Positions 13,553 through 28,729 of a stretch of 64,000 nucleotides of DNA are shown here, in pieces. Below the pieces are notes generated by a model. That model ran no database searches and was not told the origin of the DNA. It saw only the letters and a list, made by a program, of their open reading frames with translations. Positions within the stretch are counted from its first letter, which is position 1; each line of letters starts with the position of its first letter. Both the position numbers and the translations under genes were made by a program. Origin of the DNA: Paraspadella gotoi (Eukaryota; Animalia; Chaetognatha); NCBI GenBank assembly GCA_051294375.1, contig JBJCIZ010000744.1, positions 2,055,252-2,119,251 on the forward strand, in the 5' to 3' direction.

Positions 13553-15089
13553 GTCTCCTTCTCTCTCTCTACTCCCTCTCGCATCTCGAGAAACGAAGGA
13601 AAAAAAAGAATTTTTGGCGAAGCAAAGATTTGCGAAGAAAACCGAGTTTTCTTTCTTTTTTTTTTCTCTGTTGTTTCGTATTATTGTTTTGTTTTAGATT
13701 TTTGTGGTTGGTTTTCGATTTTATGTTTTAGTGTTTATATTTATGTTTTTTTTTAAACGGTTCTGTATGTTTGTTTCGTTTGACTTTTTTGTTGTTGTTC
13801 TTGTTCTGTTTGGTTATATTTTTCATGTTTATTTTGTTGTTTTGTTTTAAAAGTTTAGTAACGTTTTTTGATTTTATTGATTATGTTATGTTTTAGTTTA
13901 TGGGATTTTTTTCGGATACCCTCCTTCTCCCTTAAAATACCAAATTAAGTTTTGACTTACTTTACTATCTTTCTCTCTTTTTTTCTTTCTTTCTTATATT
14001 TCTTCTTTCTTTCCCTTTTCCTTCCATTCACGACGCGCGCATCGGCGACCGCCGGGCCGAGCTCTCCAAAGTAGTTATGCATAATAAAATATACGCTTTG
14101 TTATAAATTGAATCCCGCCCCCCCCCCCGGAGCTCTCCCCTCCCCAATACCGAACTAAGAACAAAGAACGGCAAAGCTCTCTTCTCTCTCATCTATCTCT
14201 CTCTATCGTCCTCCTCTCTTCTCTCTCTCTCTCTCTCTATTCTCTCTCCTCTCTCATTTATAATTATAACACGCCCTCGTTGTCAGCGAGAGTTTCTGTG
14301 CTTTCTTAGATCTTCTTACTTCCTTCATATCCAAGAGGTTCTCATTCATCACACTCCGTCTCGGCTCTCGAAGCTCGTATTCACATTCGGACAAATTTTA
14401 CTCTCCTCTCTCTCTCTCTTGCTCTTCTCCTCTCTCTCTTCCTCATCTTCTCCTCATCTCCTCAATTAATCTCTCTTCTCACTCTTCTCTCTCTCTCTCT
14501 CTCATCTGCGTCTCTCTCTCTGCTTCCTCGGTCAAGGAGGGAAACTCAATTTTCTTTATCGTTCAGAAGAGAAAAAACTTGAATATCGGGAAACATAACA
14601 ACGAGGCAACTTTAGCCAATAAATTAGGCCGACCGTACTACAATTTGCAAGAAACTGTTTTATATTCCAATATTATAACAATAAAAATCTATCATTTTTT
14701 TAAATTCTTCTGTCCGGAATTGATTCTTTTTTATTCCTCGGTTGGCAGAAGGAGAAAATCCTGGATTTTTATTTTTCTATCATTTTTTTTTNNNNNNNNN
14801 NNNNNNNNNNNNNNNNNNNNNNNNNNNNNNNNNNNNNNNNNNNNNNNNNNNNNNNNNNNNNNNNNNNNNNNNNNNNNNNNNNNNNNNNNNNNNNNNNNNN
14901 NNNNNNNNNNNNNNNNNNNNNNNNNNNNNNNNNNNNNNNNNNNNNNNNNNNNNNNNNNNNNNNNNNNNNNNNNNNNNNNNNNNNNNNNATCTTTTCGTTT
15001 GGATTCTTTGTTTGAATGAAACAAAGCTTAAATTATGTCAAAATGGATTAGGAGGAAATCGTGGGTGAAAATGGGGATAACTGGAATTG

Positions 15090-15141
<52 letters not shown>

Positions 15142-15833
15142 AAAAGAAAGGAGAAGAAAAGAAAAGAAAGGAGAAGAAAAGAAAAGAGAAAGGGAAGAAA
15201 ATAAAATAAAAGAGAATGGGAAGAAAAGAAAAGAAAAGAAAGGAGAAGAGAAAGAAAAGAAAAGAAAAGAAAAGAAGAAGAAAACAAAAAACTTTAAAGA
15301 TAAGGATTGTTTAACAATGAAGGTAAGGAATAAACAAATCAAAAATAAGTTTCTATTTTACAATTTATATTTAATATTTTATATTGGTTTTACGAATTTC
15401 TTATTACGTATTTTGATGCCAATACTTCAGGAAGCAGTCCTTTTATACTCTAGAGTTACAAGTGGAATCACAGATTTGTAGATTTGTAGTTTTACGAACG
15501 GAGTTCCTGACAAAAACGTTTTAATATACTTTCGTTTATATAAATTTCGTTTCTCTAATCATCTAGAAACAAAAATAAACAGAATTTTTTTGTCTCTTTT
15601 TTTCAATTTTTTTTTCGGATGGATTTTTATCTTGACATCGTCAGCAAAACAAAGTTTACGACGAAACTCGGGGTCGACCGAAACAAAAGAGCAAAGGGGG
15701 GGAAATTATATTAAAATGTAGAGGGCATAAGGGTTGGGAACTTGGGGGTTATGTCGGGGCCTTTTTGGCCTTTTTTAGCCTTTTTTGGACTTTTTGGACT
15801 TTGTTGTCTCTTTTTTTCTTCATCTCGATTTTT

Positions 15834-15901
<68 letters not shown>

Positions 15902-15905
15902 TTTT

Positions 15906-15937
<32 letters not shown>

Positions 15938-16504
15938 TTTTTGGTTTCTACGTATTTTTCCCCCGGTGGAACTTTTCTAAATTTTGCCGAACTTTGCCGA
16001 ATTTGGCTGAAAGACGAAAGNNNNNNNNNNNNNNNNNNNNNNNNNNNNNNNNNNNNNNNNNNNNNNNNNNNNNNNNNNNNNNNNNNNNNNNNNNNNNNNN
16101 NNNNNNNNNNNNNNNNNNNNNNNNNNNNNNNNNNNNNNNNNNNNNNNNNNNNNNNNNNNNNNNNNNNNNNNNNNNNNNNNNNNNNNNNNNNNNNNNNNNN
16201 NNNNNNNNNNNNNNNNNNNNNNNNNNNNNNNNNNNNNNNNNNNNNNNNNNNNNNNNNNNNNNNNNNNNNNNNNNNNNNNNNNNNNNNNNNNNNNNNNNNN
16301 NNNNNNNNNNNNNNNNNNNNNNNNNNNNNNNNNNNNNNNNNNNNNNNNNNNNNNNNNNNNNNNNNNNNAGGGGCCAAGGGGGAAGGGGCGACGAAGAATC
16401 GGGCTGATCTGGGGGAAAGGAGGTCCTCCCTCGAGGGGCGTGTCTCTCCATGGCCCGATGAACCACGCGGTCGAAGTGCGGAGGCGTCCGAGACAACGTT
16501 TGAC

Positions 16505-16537
<33 letters not shown>

Positions 16538-17322
16538 NNNNNNNNNNNNNNNNNNNNNNNNNNNNNNNNNNNNNNNNNNNNNNNNNNNNNNNNNNNNNNN
16601 NNNNNNNNNNNNNNNNNNNNNNNNNNNNNNNNNNNNNNNNNNNNNNNNNNNNNNNNNNNNNNNNNNNNNNNNNNNNNNNNNNNNNNNNNNNNNNNNNNNN
16701 NNNNNNNNNNNNNNNNNNNNNNNNNNNNNNNNNNNNNNNNNNNNNNNNNNNNNNNNNNNNNNNNNNNNNNNNNNNNNNNNNNNNNNNNNNNNNNNNNNNN
16801 NNNNNNNNNNNNNNNNNNNNNNNNGGGTGAAGAAAAAGTCAAGAAAACTAAGGAAAGAAGAGAAAGGTAAAAAAAAGCAGAGAAAAGAAAAGACAGGTCA
16901 AAAAGAAAAGAAAAGAAAGAAAAAAAAGAAAAGGAAGCTAAATAAAAAGAAAAGAAAAGAAAAGTTACTAAAAAGAAATGTATGTTAAGCAGAACCGAGT
17001 CTGAATCGGGTTATGGTCGAGTAAAGGTTAAGGGTAAGGTTAAGGGTAAGGCAGGAGGGAAAAGAGATGGTAAGTTTTATGAAAACTGTATTAATAAAAA
17101 TAACTTAAAAGAATATAGAACGAAATTAACTCCCCTCCAAAAAAAAAAGAGTAAAAAACTTTAAATCTCATGATGAAGAGAAAAGAAAAAAAACTGAAAG
17201 AGTAAATCTATGGGATTCCTAAACTGCGTCAGTGGAAATAAATCTATGAAGAGAAAAAAATAAATCCTGTCAGGATTTTTAGAGAAAACAATTAAAAACT
17301 CGTTGAGCGTTGGATAGGGAGG

Positions 17323-17448
<126 letters not shown>

Positions 17449-18494
17449 AAGCAAACAAAGAAATGGCCGACCGAAGGAGAAGGAGAGCGAGATAGAGAGA
17501 GAGAGAGAGAGACTCCGGTTTATGAACGGGGCCTCAAAGGGCATAAAGATCAAACCGACCCGAACCGAGGAAAAAAATGGAGGAAAAGGGAGGAAAGAGA
17601 AAAGGAGAAGGAAAAGAAAATTGGAGGAAATGGAGGAAAGGAAAGAAGACGGGAAGGAAAAGGAAAAGGGGATAAGAGAACAAAGGAGGAAAAAGGAAAG
17701 GAGGGAGGAGTTAAGAAAGAAAAGGAATAAAAAGAAAAAAGGAAAGGAAATGAAGAGAAAAAAGGGGAAATTAGAGTCGAAAGAAAGTTGAATGTAAACA
17801 GAAAAAAGATTAGGGTCGTTGCCATGGAGATCATCAAGGTTCAACGGAAACTGAAAAACAAAAGAACATTTAAAGTAAAACATTTAAAACAGATTAATTA
17901 AGATTCAATAAGATTGAGTAAGAACGAAGGATCGAGTCTCCGTTGATATTTATGATAATAATAATACATACGTTGGAATGAAACTATTATACATTGTCCA
18001 AAGATAGAATGGCTCTTTAACCATTGGTGTAAATAAACAAAAGAAGGGAACGGGTAGGAAATAACAAAAGTGAAGGAAAAATAGTAGAGACGAGTAGGAA
18101 CCAACGATTAAACTTCAAGCATGGATTTAACATGACATGAGACATACTCAAAAGGCACGGAACCGATCTGAAATGGTATGTCACTGGGAGAAGACAATGG
18201 GATAAGAGAGGGGAACTATTTAAGAGAAAGAGGGGAACGTGGAACGAAAGAGTAGGGGCATACCCAAGTGAAAACAGGGGCATGGAGAAGAAGAGAAGGG
18301 CATACCCAAGAGAAAGAAGAGATCTGAGAGAAAAAAATGCTTCGCGTGTTTCGATATCAAAGACGAATTTACGGAGCGACTGCGATGACGACGACGACGA
18401 CGACGACGACGACGAAGAAGAAGAAGAAAAAGAAGAAAACAAGTTGTACACAAGACCGATGTCTCTGACCCAAAAACAATCCCCGATGATTTTT

Positions 18495-18505
18495 ATTATT
18501 ATTTA

Positions 18506-18602
<97 letters not shown>

Positions 18603-18650
18603 AAAATGTAAATAAAATGTTATTATTAAAATATTATTATTATTATTATT
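18495..18650. repeat. (ATT)n microsatellite
   Basis: Long attattatt run. Explains the poly-I and poly-N ORFs. Confidence 0.95.
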
Positions 18651-18871
18651 AACCAAATGTAAATAAAATGTAATACGAGATCATTTTATGAAAATGGAAC
18701 AACCAATATAAAATTTATCCATTCATTTAATAAATATGCTATCTTGCCTTTGGACAGGCTTCGGTGGTTGAATGCAAGATAATGACATTACAGGTCCCTG
18801 ATTTTTGGACAAAACGATTGAACTGTTTTTCAAATATGTCTTCATTGTATCTACATAATTCTTCCTTTCTT

Positions 18872-18918
<47 letters not shown>

Positions 18919-19406
18919 ATTCTCTCTCTCTCTCTCTCTCTCTCTGCAATCTATTTTATAGACCTTCCTTTTACCTCAGTTAACGGTGTAAACTTATGTT
19001 TTTTTTTCTGTCGAGTAAATGAGGAAATTGCATGTGAATTTAAATTCGGTCAAAAAAGGAAAATCGTTGGATTTCGTCGTCGGCGAGAGAAAATTTAACG
19101 AGGAACGATGGTTCCTTAGTCACGTGATAGTGATTGTGATAGTCATTGTGATAATGATAGTGATAGTATTAATTGTTTTATCGCGAGGTGATCACGTGAC
19201 GACACAAGTACGAAACTTATGCGCACGGAGTGTCTCATGGTACAGTATTATTCAGCCACTTATTATTAAACAATAAAATGAATGACGTGAGATGATTCGC
19301 CTTAAAAAGTAAATGAGACAGATATACAGACCAACTTATAGACCGACCGACCGACAGACCGACATCACATTAGCTTATAGATTCTTACTCGAGTACTTAA
19401 GTTCAT

Positions 19407-19443
<37 letters not shown>

Positions 19444-22400
19444 AAATCTTGCATCTCGAGCTGTGAGGAGAATTCGAAATTAGGGATTAATTTAACCTGA
19501 TCGGATTCTTTCAAGACACAACTTCAACAATTCCTATGTTCAACGGACGTGCAGCCCTTAGGGGGACCCTTTTCTCGGGTCGAATCCCCAGGGCGGGTCA
19601 ACGATCAGTACAATGGGGCAAGGCAATTCAATCGGGCCTACCTGCGGTAGTGAATATGGACTAACGCGGCATCACAGGCCCGCGAATTCCCTCGACCACT
19701 GCTCTCGGACGCCCAGTCGACGCGCCAAGCCCTCGAAAGATTCTCGCGAAACTCGGAAGAGAACCGAGCATCTCCCCCAACTAAATCCGAGACCGTCAGA
19801 AGCAGGAAAAAAGATATTTACAACGAAAGCTACCGAACGACATCTCGCATGCGTCCACGCTTCAGCAAAAGACAAGGGCGCCGAGATTTGACCTTCTCCA
19901 CGCAAAGACTTATGCCTGAAGCACGCCGTGAGCTCTTGTAATTAGATTGATAGTTGTTACACTTCCACTGACCACAGACCCGAGAACGATTAAACGTGTT
20001 TTAATATCGAGAATCAAACGTCGTCAATGATTAACATACTGTCGAACGAGAATCTACCATATTAACTGAGAATAATCAAACCACAAATGACATCGCAAAG
20101 ACGACGACGACACAAACGGCTCGACAGCCCACCCTCGAGGACATTGCTGGAGGCAAGCAGGCGGATCAAACTTACTCCTAAGCGAGCGCCGCAAGGGAAA
20201 AAAAGACAACGAAGGCGACAAGGCTACATGAGGAGCGTCCATCGTGCGCCAACATGCAAGATTAACGGAGACGATGCTTGGTAATGTTGAAGGTCACGAG
20301 GATTCGTCAAGCAGTGTACGGAAGAAGATCGAAAAGACGAAGAAAAAAAGGAAGGGAAAACCCAAGGGGGGACGCGCCGGCGGTGAACAGCCGTCCCCGA
20401 CAGAGCGATCAAAGTTCCATTCAGAAGACGGGGCGCCCAAACGACCATAATGTTAATTTTTGTCAGAGAGAGAGACGTAGAGAGAGTAGAGATGATTGTA
20501 GAATTACCTGTTTGTAGCGAATCCCTCTTAGAAGTTCATAGATTGTCTTATGGGATTTACATTTTTGCAGACTGTAACCTTCTCAATTATTATAATAACA
20601 ATGTGATGGAAGTTACAATCAAAGGGTATTTGTTCATAGGTAGGCTCTATTGACGATCGGAGTCTGTTTGGCGACATATGTTACAGAAAGGGGGCGAATA
20701 TGGTGCTGCAAATTGCACATGCTCGTGAGAGTTGGTGTCCGGAGGCAGCCGGTATCGACCCTCGTCCGCTTTACTGTCAGTGGGAAAAGACTCATGCACA
20801 GGCAGTGAGGCGAGACAGGAAATTCCCAATGAGTACAAAGACTATGAGGGCTACAGAAAGACCGCGACAGAAGCGAGCTACAGCCAGCCCCTTCATTCTG
20901 GCAAGAACGGAGAAACGTGCCAAGGGAATATGGGCTTCCGAACCGGTACAGGACGCTGAAGGAACGGATTATTGGTGCTATCGTCCATCTTATTAGTGAG
21001 ATTGACGTTCACCCGGTACATACTCCACATATAGTTAATAAAACTTTCCGCCTCATATTCTGAACGGGCAGATAATCAACTTATGTCATCCATTGACTTT
21101 TGCTTCTTCCGTGTATAAGGATCAAGGTATCAGACTCTGCTCTTCAATCTGCCCCCGTGAATATTTGAGACCGGCGGACGTCAGACCTCAGCAGAAAATT
21201 TTTCTCTCAACGGTATCGTCCAAACTTCATTTTCTCTATAACCGCCCCCGGACACTCGGACTTTTGTGGTTTACCACCCTGGATTGATACCCCGCGCACC
21301 CTTCACTCCACTAATAGCGATGTCCGCACGCGCGACGAATCAACGTACGGCACACACTCTCAGTACTCATATTAACTGTCAGTTAAGAATTTCTTTGTGA
21401 ATATCGGAGAGATAAGAGGAGCAGAATCGGCTATTACTACACCTCGACATTAAATCTTTCCCAACTCTAAGACGATCGGTCAACTGTTTTTGCGCGCCTC
21501 CAATAATTCTATTTCGCCTGGTCCCGCTCTCTCTCTCTCTCTCAACCGCTCTCTCTCTCCATCTGGTCATCTCTCTGTCTCTCTCTCACTCTCTTCTCTC
21601 TCTTCTCTCTGTCTCTCTCCGTCAGCTGTAAAAATCTCCCTCAAAGCATTCCCGCGTGCACTCACTCTTTCCTCCCACCCTATTTCAATGCTCTCGCACC
21701 CGGTATCCGAGAATTGGCCGACCCAACTTTCTGGTGGGATCCGGGGACCTGGAAAAAATCTTCAAGCATGTTGGGCAAGCGGAGAACGAAAAAGGCCATC
21801 CGGTTTATTCTCGCTGGTGGGTATTTAGCTCATAGCGTGGGACAAGTTCAGAAGTGGTCGCTTCCACTCCAACGTAGTCCGAGAAGCCGGATGGGAGGAT
21901 GGCGGTTGTTTGCGGCGACTATCGCCGTCTTTAACGCCCAAGCACGGTTGGTAAGCACAAGGTTATCCCCTTCTCAGTGAAATTACTAAACGTTCTTCTT
22001 GACTGTCTCTCAGACTTCTCCAATTTTACCATAAGCAACATCCATCTTTCTCTTCTCTCGTAAATATCACTATCGATCTCTCTCTCTTGATCATCATGGT
22101 ATTCACCATCAACGTTCATCTCTTCCGCGTTGTACTCCCAGTCTCCTCTTCTCTTCTCCTCATTGATCCTTTCTCATTTCCTTAAAAAAACCTCGTCCAT
22201 CGTGTCATCAATCTTTCGTCTTGCTTCTCTTGGACCCTTTCGTACTTGCTTTTCTTCTCCACGTTCTGTCCTTTTTCTTATGGACTGAACAAATGCAGGT
22301 CAAGATCTTCTCAGCAGACTTATGGGATAAGATCTTGGGGGACATTCCCGATACTTTTTGTTTCATTGCTAGTTCACGCACCATCCTCGTCGTGCCCCTT

Positions 22401-24414
22401 CTCCTTTTCTTATTATGAACACAAACAACTGATCTCGAATCTCGGTCGTTTCTTCATAGGCCCACGGTCGCTTCCTTTTTGCGTCCCCTGTGTACGAAAA
22501 TCGAATACGGTTTTGGCGCCTCTGTCGAATTTGACTAAAAAATTTCTCGTCTCCTCCCGCCGACAAATCACACATTCGAGTTCCTCGAATTTTAGTAGAC
22601 AAGAACGGTGTACCGACATTACCAAGCGAGTACAGTGTGACAATTTTACCAAAGCGCCGTCACCGATCTCATCATTCTCTATCCCGCTGTTCATGTTTGC
22701 AAAACCAAGTGGGTTATTTCATTTGATCTCTTTAAATTTAGTTTTTACGTTTAGAATACTACCACAAACTATCTTTATGGTTAAAATTATTTATATTGAT
22801 CTCCAGTTATACGTTTACAACAACACTCAGGTCGTCCGATCGCACTACACATCGCCCCACTTACTCATTACAGAGCTGCATACACTCTTCTCGGTATGGT
22901 ATAACTTATTTACCTCCTCGCCCGCTTCATACCGAGAGTTGCCACATTCGCTGCCGCAGTCACTCTTGATGAGGCTTCGAGCGGCAAGCCAAAACTCAAC
23001 TGGTTAGACGCATGCGAAAAAGCTTTCCGAGGCAATAAAGAAGGGCTCATATCGCCAGCACGGCTCTTCCTCTCACTCTCCAGTTCTCACGAACGGTCTC
23101 GTCTCCATCCTAACTATTGCTCAAATCCTAACCTGACTCCTTGCCTCTGTCGTCTCTAATCCGCCATTCTCGGAGCCTCTCCGGCGACTCTAAACCCTTT
23201 GAAGCAGCCCGGGTATCCTGAGCAGAGCATTCGCTCGGAGCTCACTGGCTCTTTTTTTCCTCGGGAACGCAATTCACGCGTTAGCGAAGATCAAAAAGCT
23301 GTGGCCATTCGCCTTTTTCGATTCAAGGAAACTAGGCGGCTGCGAGTGTAATATTTAGTCATCTCAGAGCCCAGTCCGATCCTATTACGATTGTTCTGGA
23401 GGTTGAGAAGTGTTGCAGAAGACATTGGTGAGTGAGTGGGTTGGAGGGTGAAACATCGGGGTTCGTTTAGTTCTCGCATACTAGCTCAGTGGATCTTACG
23501 CAATATGTATTCATGGTGTCCGTCAGCCATTAAAGATAAAAACTAATCGCGTGGGGCCACAGAGACCATATTTTACGAGTACTATAGTCACTAGATCCAC
23601 CAAGTTTAAGAACAAAATACTTCTGGTCGGATATGGCCCAAGGGATTTGGCACACATTGTCTACTGACAGATACATCAAGTAACTTTAGCCTTTTCTTCA
23701 ATTGGTTGAGTGGTCCTATGGACTTTTAAGGTCAGATTATGTGTGTGTCGGAGGTAAGTAAATTATATTGTCACTCTGCCAGTCTTTACTGCACTTGGAA
23801 GACCCATAACAGAGTGAGGACCTGATTTGGTCACCTAATATCAAGGGTTTTCAATATCTAATCAGCATGGGATTTTTAAATATTGGTCAGTTCCTTTATT
23901 TGTTAAAAACATTTTCAAATTCGCTCGTCTTCTTCAAAAAAGAACCTTTCCCTTCATTTATCTTCATCTCTCTCTCCTTCATCTCTCTCTTCTCGCCACG
24001 GAGGAGAGAATCAGGGATCCGAAAAAAAAAAAGCAGCAGAACCGACCGACCACCGGGACTAAACGAGAGCGGGTCTGGGCAAATACTATAGGCGAGGACA
24101 AATGCCATTTCAGGCCATGCATATCTGCTCTCGGGAACGTCTCACTCGCCCGCAGGGGTCCATGTATTTCTGCTTCTCTCTCTCGTCCTCCTCTCTTCAT
24201 CTTCAACACTAGCATGTCGGGAAATAGTATAGGACATTGGCTTCCGACGTAATATCATTATTAAGACTCAGATTTGGCTCACCAAACTCATCTACGATGC
24301 CTCTTCATAGATTCCAGGTAAATCCTCAGAAAATTACCGGCGTGGCAATTCATGATCTTACTCGCAACATTTCAAACGGGCCAGCGGACCATTTGTTCAC
24401 GTCTCCTGGCGTTG

Positions 24415-24800
24415 ATCCAAATTATGGCCAGTTGACCAAACTATCATGCCAGTCTGACAAAATAAATATTATGTCCAGTTATCCAATTTATGCTCCAAGT
24501 TGTTACCTCATTATAATTATGCCGGTTGACCAAATTATGCCGGTTAGACACCCAATTAATGCTCACAGTCTGATCAACATTTAATGCACAGGAGTATAGT
24601 CCCAAATTATTCTATGATGCCATCAACCATCTACTGCTCCGGCTTGTACGCAAGACTTATGTCAGTAGAAAATATCCACTAAATTAATGTTATATACCAA
24701 GAAATTTTATTTGATCTAGCTTTAACCAACAATATACCCTATCAGAAATGAATCTCAAATTATTTTCGCTATAAGTGATAAATTATGCCAGTTGTCTCAT
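24415..24800. repeat. Degenerate, about 18-bp tandem repeat (CCAAATTATGCCAGTTGA)
   Basis: Recurring aattatgcc(a/g)gttga units in noisy sequence. Confidence 0.6.
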
Positions 24801-24917
24801 TAGTTAGCTTATTACTCATTATTATTACGATGTGACCTGGAGAATTTTGAGATGCAGAGTAGTGATGAAAGTGGTGATTGAACAGGTCAACCAAGTTAAT
24901 GCGACTTTTATTCTCTC

Positions 24918-25271
24918 ATCCTTTTTGGTTTCTTAATAAAAAATTCATTTCCTCAATAAAAAAGGATTTTTTTCTATATTTTTTCAAAACTTAAAAATTA
25001 AAAACTTAAAAGTTTAAAAAGCTCGATGTTATCTGGTTATTCTTCGTGCTATGCTTATCTCTCCTCTCTCCTTCTCTCTCTCTCTCTCTCTCTTCTCTCT
25101 TTCTCTCTCTCCTCTCTCTCTCTCCTCTCTCTCTCTCTCCTCTCTCTCCCCTCTTTTCCCCTTTCCCGCTTTTTTTCCATATTCGGCGGTTATATACTCT
25201 TTTTGTCTGCCCACAAAAGTTGCCTTTGCTTCTTCTTCGAGAGCCATTTATGCGCCAACGTGCGGAGCTTT

Positions 25272-25355
<84 letters not shown>

Positions 25356-25370
25356 CCCTCCCTCCCCTCG
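24918..25370 (+). repeat. Additional direct copy of about 31000-31430
   Basis: Shared sequence from cctttttggtttcttaataaaaaattcatttcctcaataaa to gagccatttatgcgccaacg. Confidence 0.85.
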
Positions 25371-25789
25371 GCNNNNNNNNNNNNNNNNNNNNNNNNNCTC
25401 CCTCTCATCTCTCTCTCTTCTCTCTCTCTCCACATTAATGAAAAAAAAAAGTGGAAAAGATGAATGAAAATGAATTAAAGAATGAATTAAAAAATGAATT
25501 TGATACTTTCGTCAACGTCAGCAGTGAGTGATCGAGAGGCGAGGGCGATAGAGAACGTTAATAATCCGTCTCTTATTAGCGACCAAAATAGAGAGAGAGG
25601 AGAGAGGAGAAGAGAGAGAGAGAGAGAGAGAGAAGAGAGAAAAGAAGAGATAAACAAGATGGGAGAATGCGAAAAAAAAAGCGAGCGATCTCAACTCGTC
25701 GCTTGGAAGGAAAAGAAAAGAAAAGAAAAGAAAAGAAAAGAAAAGAAAAGAAAGAGAAAATAGAGAGGATTTATTCCTCGAATGGATTC

Positions 25790-25857
<68 letters not shown>

Positions 25858-25989
25858 TCTCTCTCGCTCTCTCTCTCTCCGCCTTTTTTCTTTTGTCGCA
25901 GCGATTTTTTGTGACTCTAATGTGGAAGCATCATCGGCGGCCAGAGAGGAAATGATGTTGGGGTGGGTTGAGGTTATGGCGTAGGACAG

Positions 25990-26075
25990 TGTGGATAAAA
26001 GTGCTGCGATAAAGTGTGCGATAAAAGTGTGGATTAAAGTGTGCATAAAAGTGTGCGATAAAAGTGTGGATAAAA
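25990..26075. repeat. 12-13-bp tandem repeat AAAAGTGTG(C)GAT
   Basis: About 7 copies are visible. Confidence 0.8.
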
Positions 26076-26511
26076 CATTTCGGTAGGACGGACAGGACGG
26101 ACAGACGGACAGACGGGACAGACGACAGACAGATCTGGATCATATACCAGATAATGAATTTTAATTTCATATTCTTTCAAAACGAATCGACTGGAAATCA
26201 CTCGATCAATCAATCAATCTCGTGATTCGTCTCATCATTTGAAACCCATTATCTCCGGTTTTTGTTATATGCGGGCGGCATCAAACATTTCACAGTCGAG
26301 GATTTAAATCAGAATCAGAAAATGGCACACATCAAGAAAACGATCAATTCATTTGTGGCAAAAAATTCCATCCAAGGAGCAAATCTGAATTTTTTCTCTC
26401 ATCTACCACGAAAGACTCGGCCTTGTCTTAATTCGTCCGTCCGTATGGAAAGTACTCAAGGGCGGACATTAAAACATACGCAGTACCTCTCTCTCTCTCC
26501 TCTCTCTCTCA

Positions 26512-26546
<35 letters not shown>

Positions 26547-27165
26547 CTCTCTTTATCTCTCTCATCTCTCTCTCTCTCTCTTCGTCGAGTTGGGATCATT
26601 GTCCTCACAACCCCCTCTTTCCATATTCTGAGGGGACCCCCTGTCCAAGCGAGAACACATTACGCATGCAAACCTAATGCAAAGCACGACGAAGATCCGT
26701 CGTCGTCCGTCGATTAGAGGTCGTCGTCGTTCGTCCGTCGGTCGTCCGTCGTCGTTCGTCGTCGTCGTCGTCGGTCAAATTCCACCCCCTTTTTAAAAAA
26801 GAATTCGACCTAAGAGAATGAAGACCTCAGAATGTCTCTCTCTTGGTCGTCGTTTGAAGAAGAAAGGGAGAGAGAAGAAGAGAGAAGAGAGAGAAGAGAG
26901 AGAAGATGAGAGATGAGAGAAGAGAACGAGAGAGAGAGAGAGACAAAGAGAGGAAGATTTAGGGTTAGAACAAAAGTGAGGCAGATTAGTTCATAGAAAA
27001 TTGGTGAGGTCGAACTCCGTTGGTTTCGTCTTTTTGACGGATCTTTGTGCCATTCCACGATGGTCGCAGGATTTGTGTTTGATAGGATTGCGCCCTTTGT
27101 AATTGCAGAGAGGAGAGAGAGAGAGAGGAGAGGACTGAGAGAAGAACGAGAGACGAGAGAGAGAG

Positions 27166-27202
<37 letters not shown>

Positions 27203-27748
27203 GTATTAGTTATGCGGAGCCGCGAAATATTCATCCTTGTATACATTTTTAAAAATCAGCAATTAATTTCCGTTTCCCTATTTATTTATTTAAACAAAAC
27301 AACAAACGTAGATCGTTTGTAATTTCCAAATTTGTTTTTGCTTTTGTTTGTTTACATTTCTTCGCCGTCGAAGCGTCGCCCAATCCACTATTTTTTGACG
27401 CTTACCAAGGCCATTACCTTTTCTTCACGTGTCTTCCTGGCGAATATAAACGATTTTAGAAACTCACTCATTTCGAGAAAAACCTTCTTCACCTTCGACT
27501 TACCCTCGGCAGACTAAACCCCCTACAATCTTGAAGTGTTCGGGATTTAATCCTCTTCACCCAATCAAACGATGCAGCCTTACCTTTTCATCCTGTGTCC
27601 CTCACTCACCCACCCCCCCTTCGACTCTCGCGACATCCAACCGCCGAGGTTTCCCGCCCAAAGACTTATGACAGCTCATGTTTACCTCCCCCGACCAATC
27701 TCTTGGCATTTCCACTGGAATACAACTGATCGACCTTTAAGAGGAAGG

Positions 27749-27824
<76 letters not shown>

Positions 27825-28521
27825 CAGGTGTGAATTCCTGTTTTGTAGCGAATCTCGGCTTAGATTCCTAGTGCTATGCGGAACATTATTGCAGATGCTA
27901 TTCAATATATAAAACAATTGATATTATCAATCTGTAATAAAGGCTCTTTGAGATCGCTTTTGCGACATTTACAAGGGTCGACTTGAAATGAGGTGAGTAC
28001 AAGCGTGAACCTCGTCCGCTTGGCTTCACTGACAAGATTCACTCAGTGAGCGAGATTATGCAAGAAAAACAAAGGACTCAGGTCCCTTCATTGCAAGAAC
28101 GGTTTAGAGAGAAACGTGCCAAAAATCACATTGTCATCTCATCTTTTTAGAATGTCAGCCCCTCTCCAAGGTTAAACTTTCGCCATGAACGGAGATAATT
28201 TTTATGTCATCCATTGACTTTTGTTCTTCACGTATGATCAAACAGACTTTTTTCAATCTGCCCCGTGAGGAATTATTTGAGGGGTGACGACGTCCACCCA
28301 AACTCTCACAACGGATCGTTCCATTTTCTTTAACCCCCCCAATGGGCCACCGATGAACCCCCCCCCCCCGAGACTCACGTCCTCGACTCATAAATTAACT
28401 CGTGATTCTGACTCGATAAAAAATCTTCCCTCGACATTAAATCTTTCCAACCAAACGATCGAACTTTTGGCCCCTATCATCGCCTTCGCTCTCTCTCTCT
28501 CTCTCACTCATCTCTCTCTCT

Positions 28522-28602
<81 letters not shown>

Positions 28603-28689
28603 CTCTCAACGATCGAACTTTTTGGCCCCTATTCGATCGCCTCTCTCTCCTTCTCCCTCTTTCTCTCTCTCTCTCTCTCCTTCTCTCCT

Positions 28690-28729
<40 letters not shown>

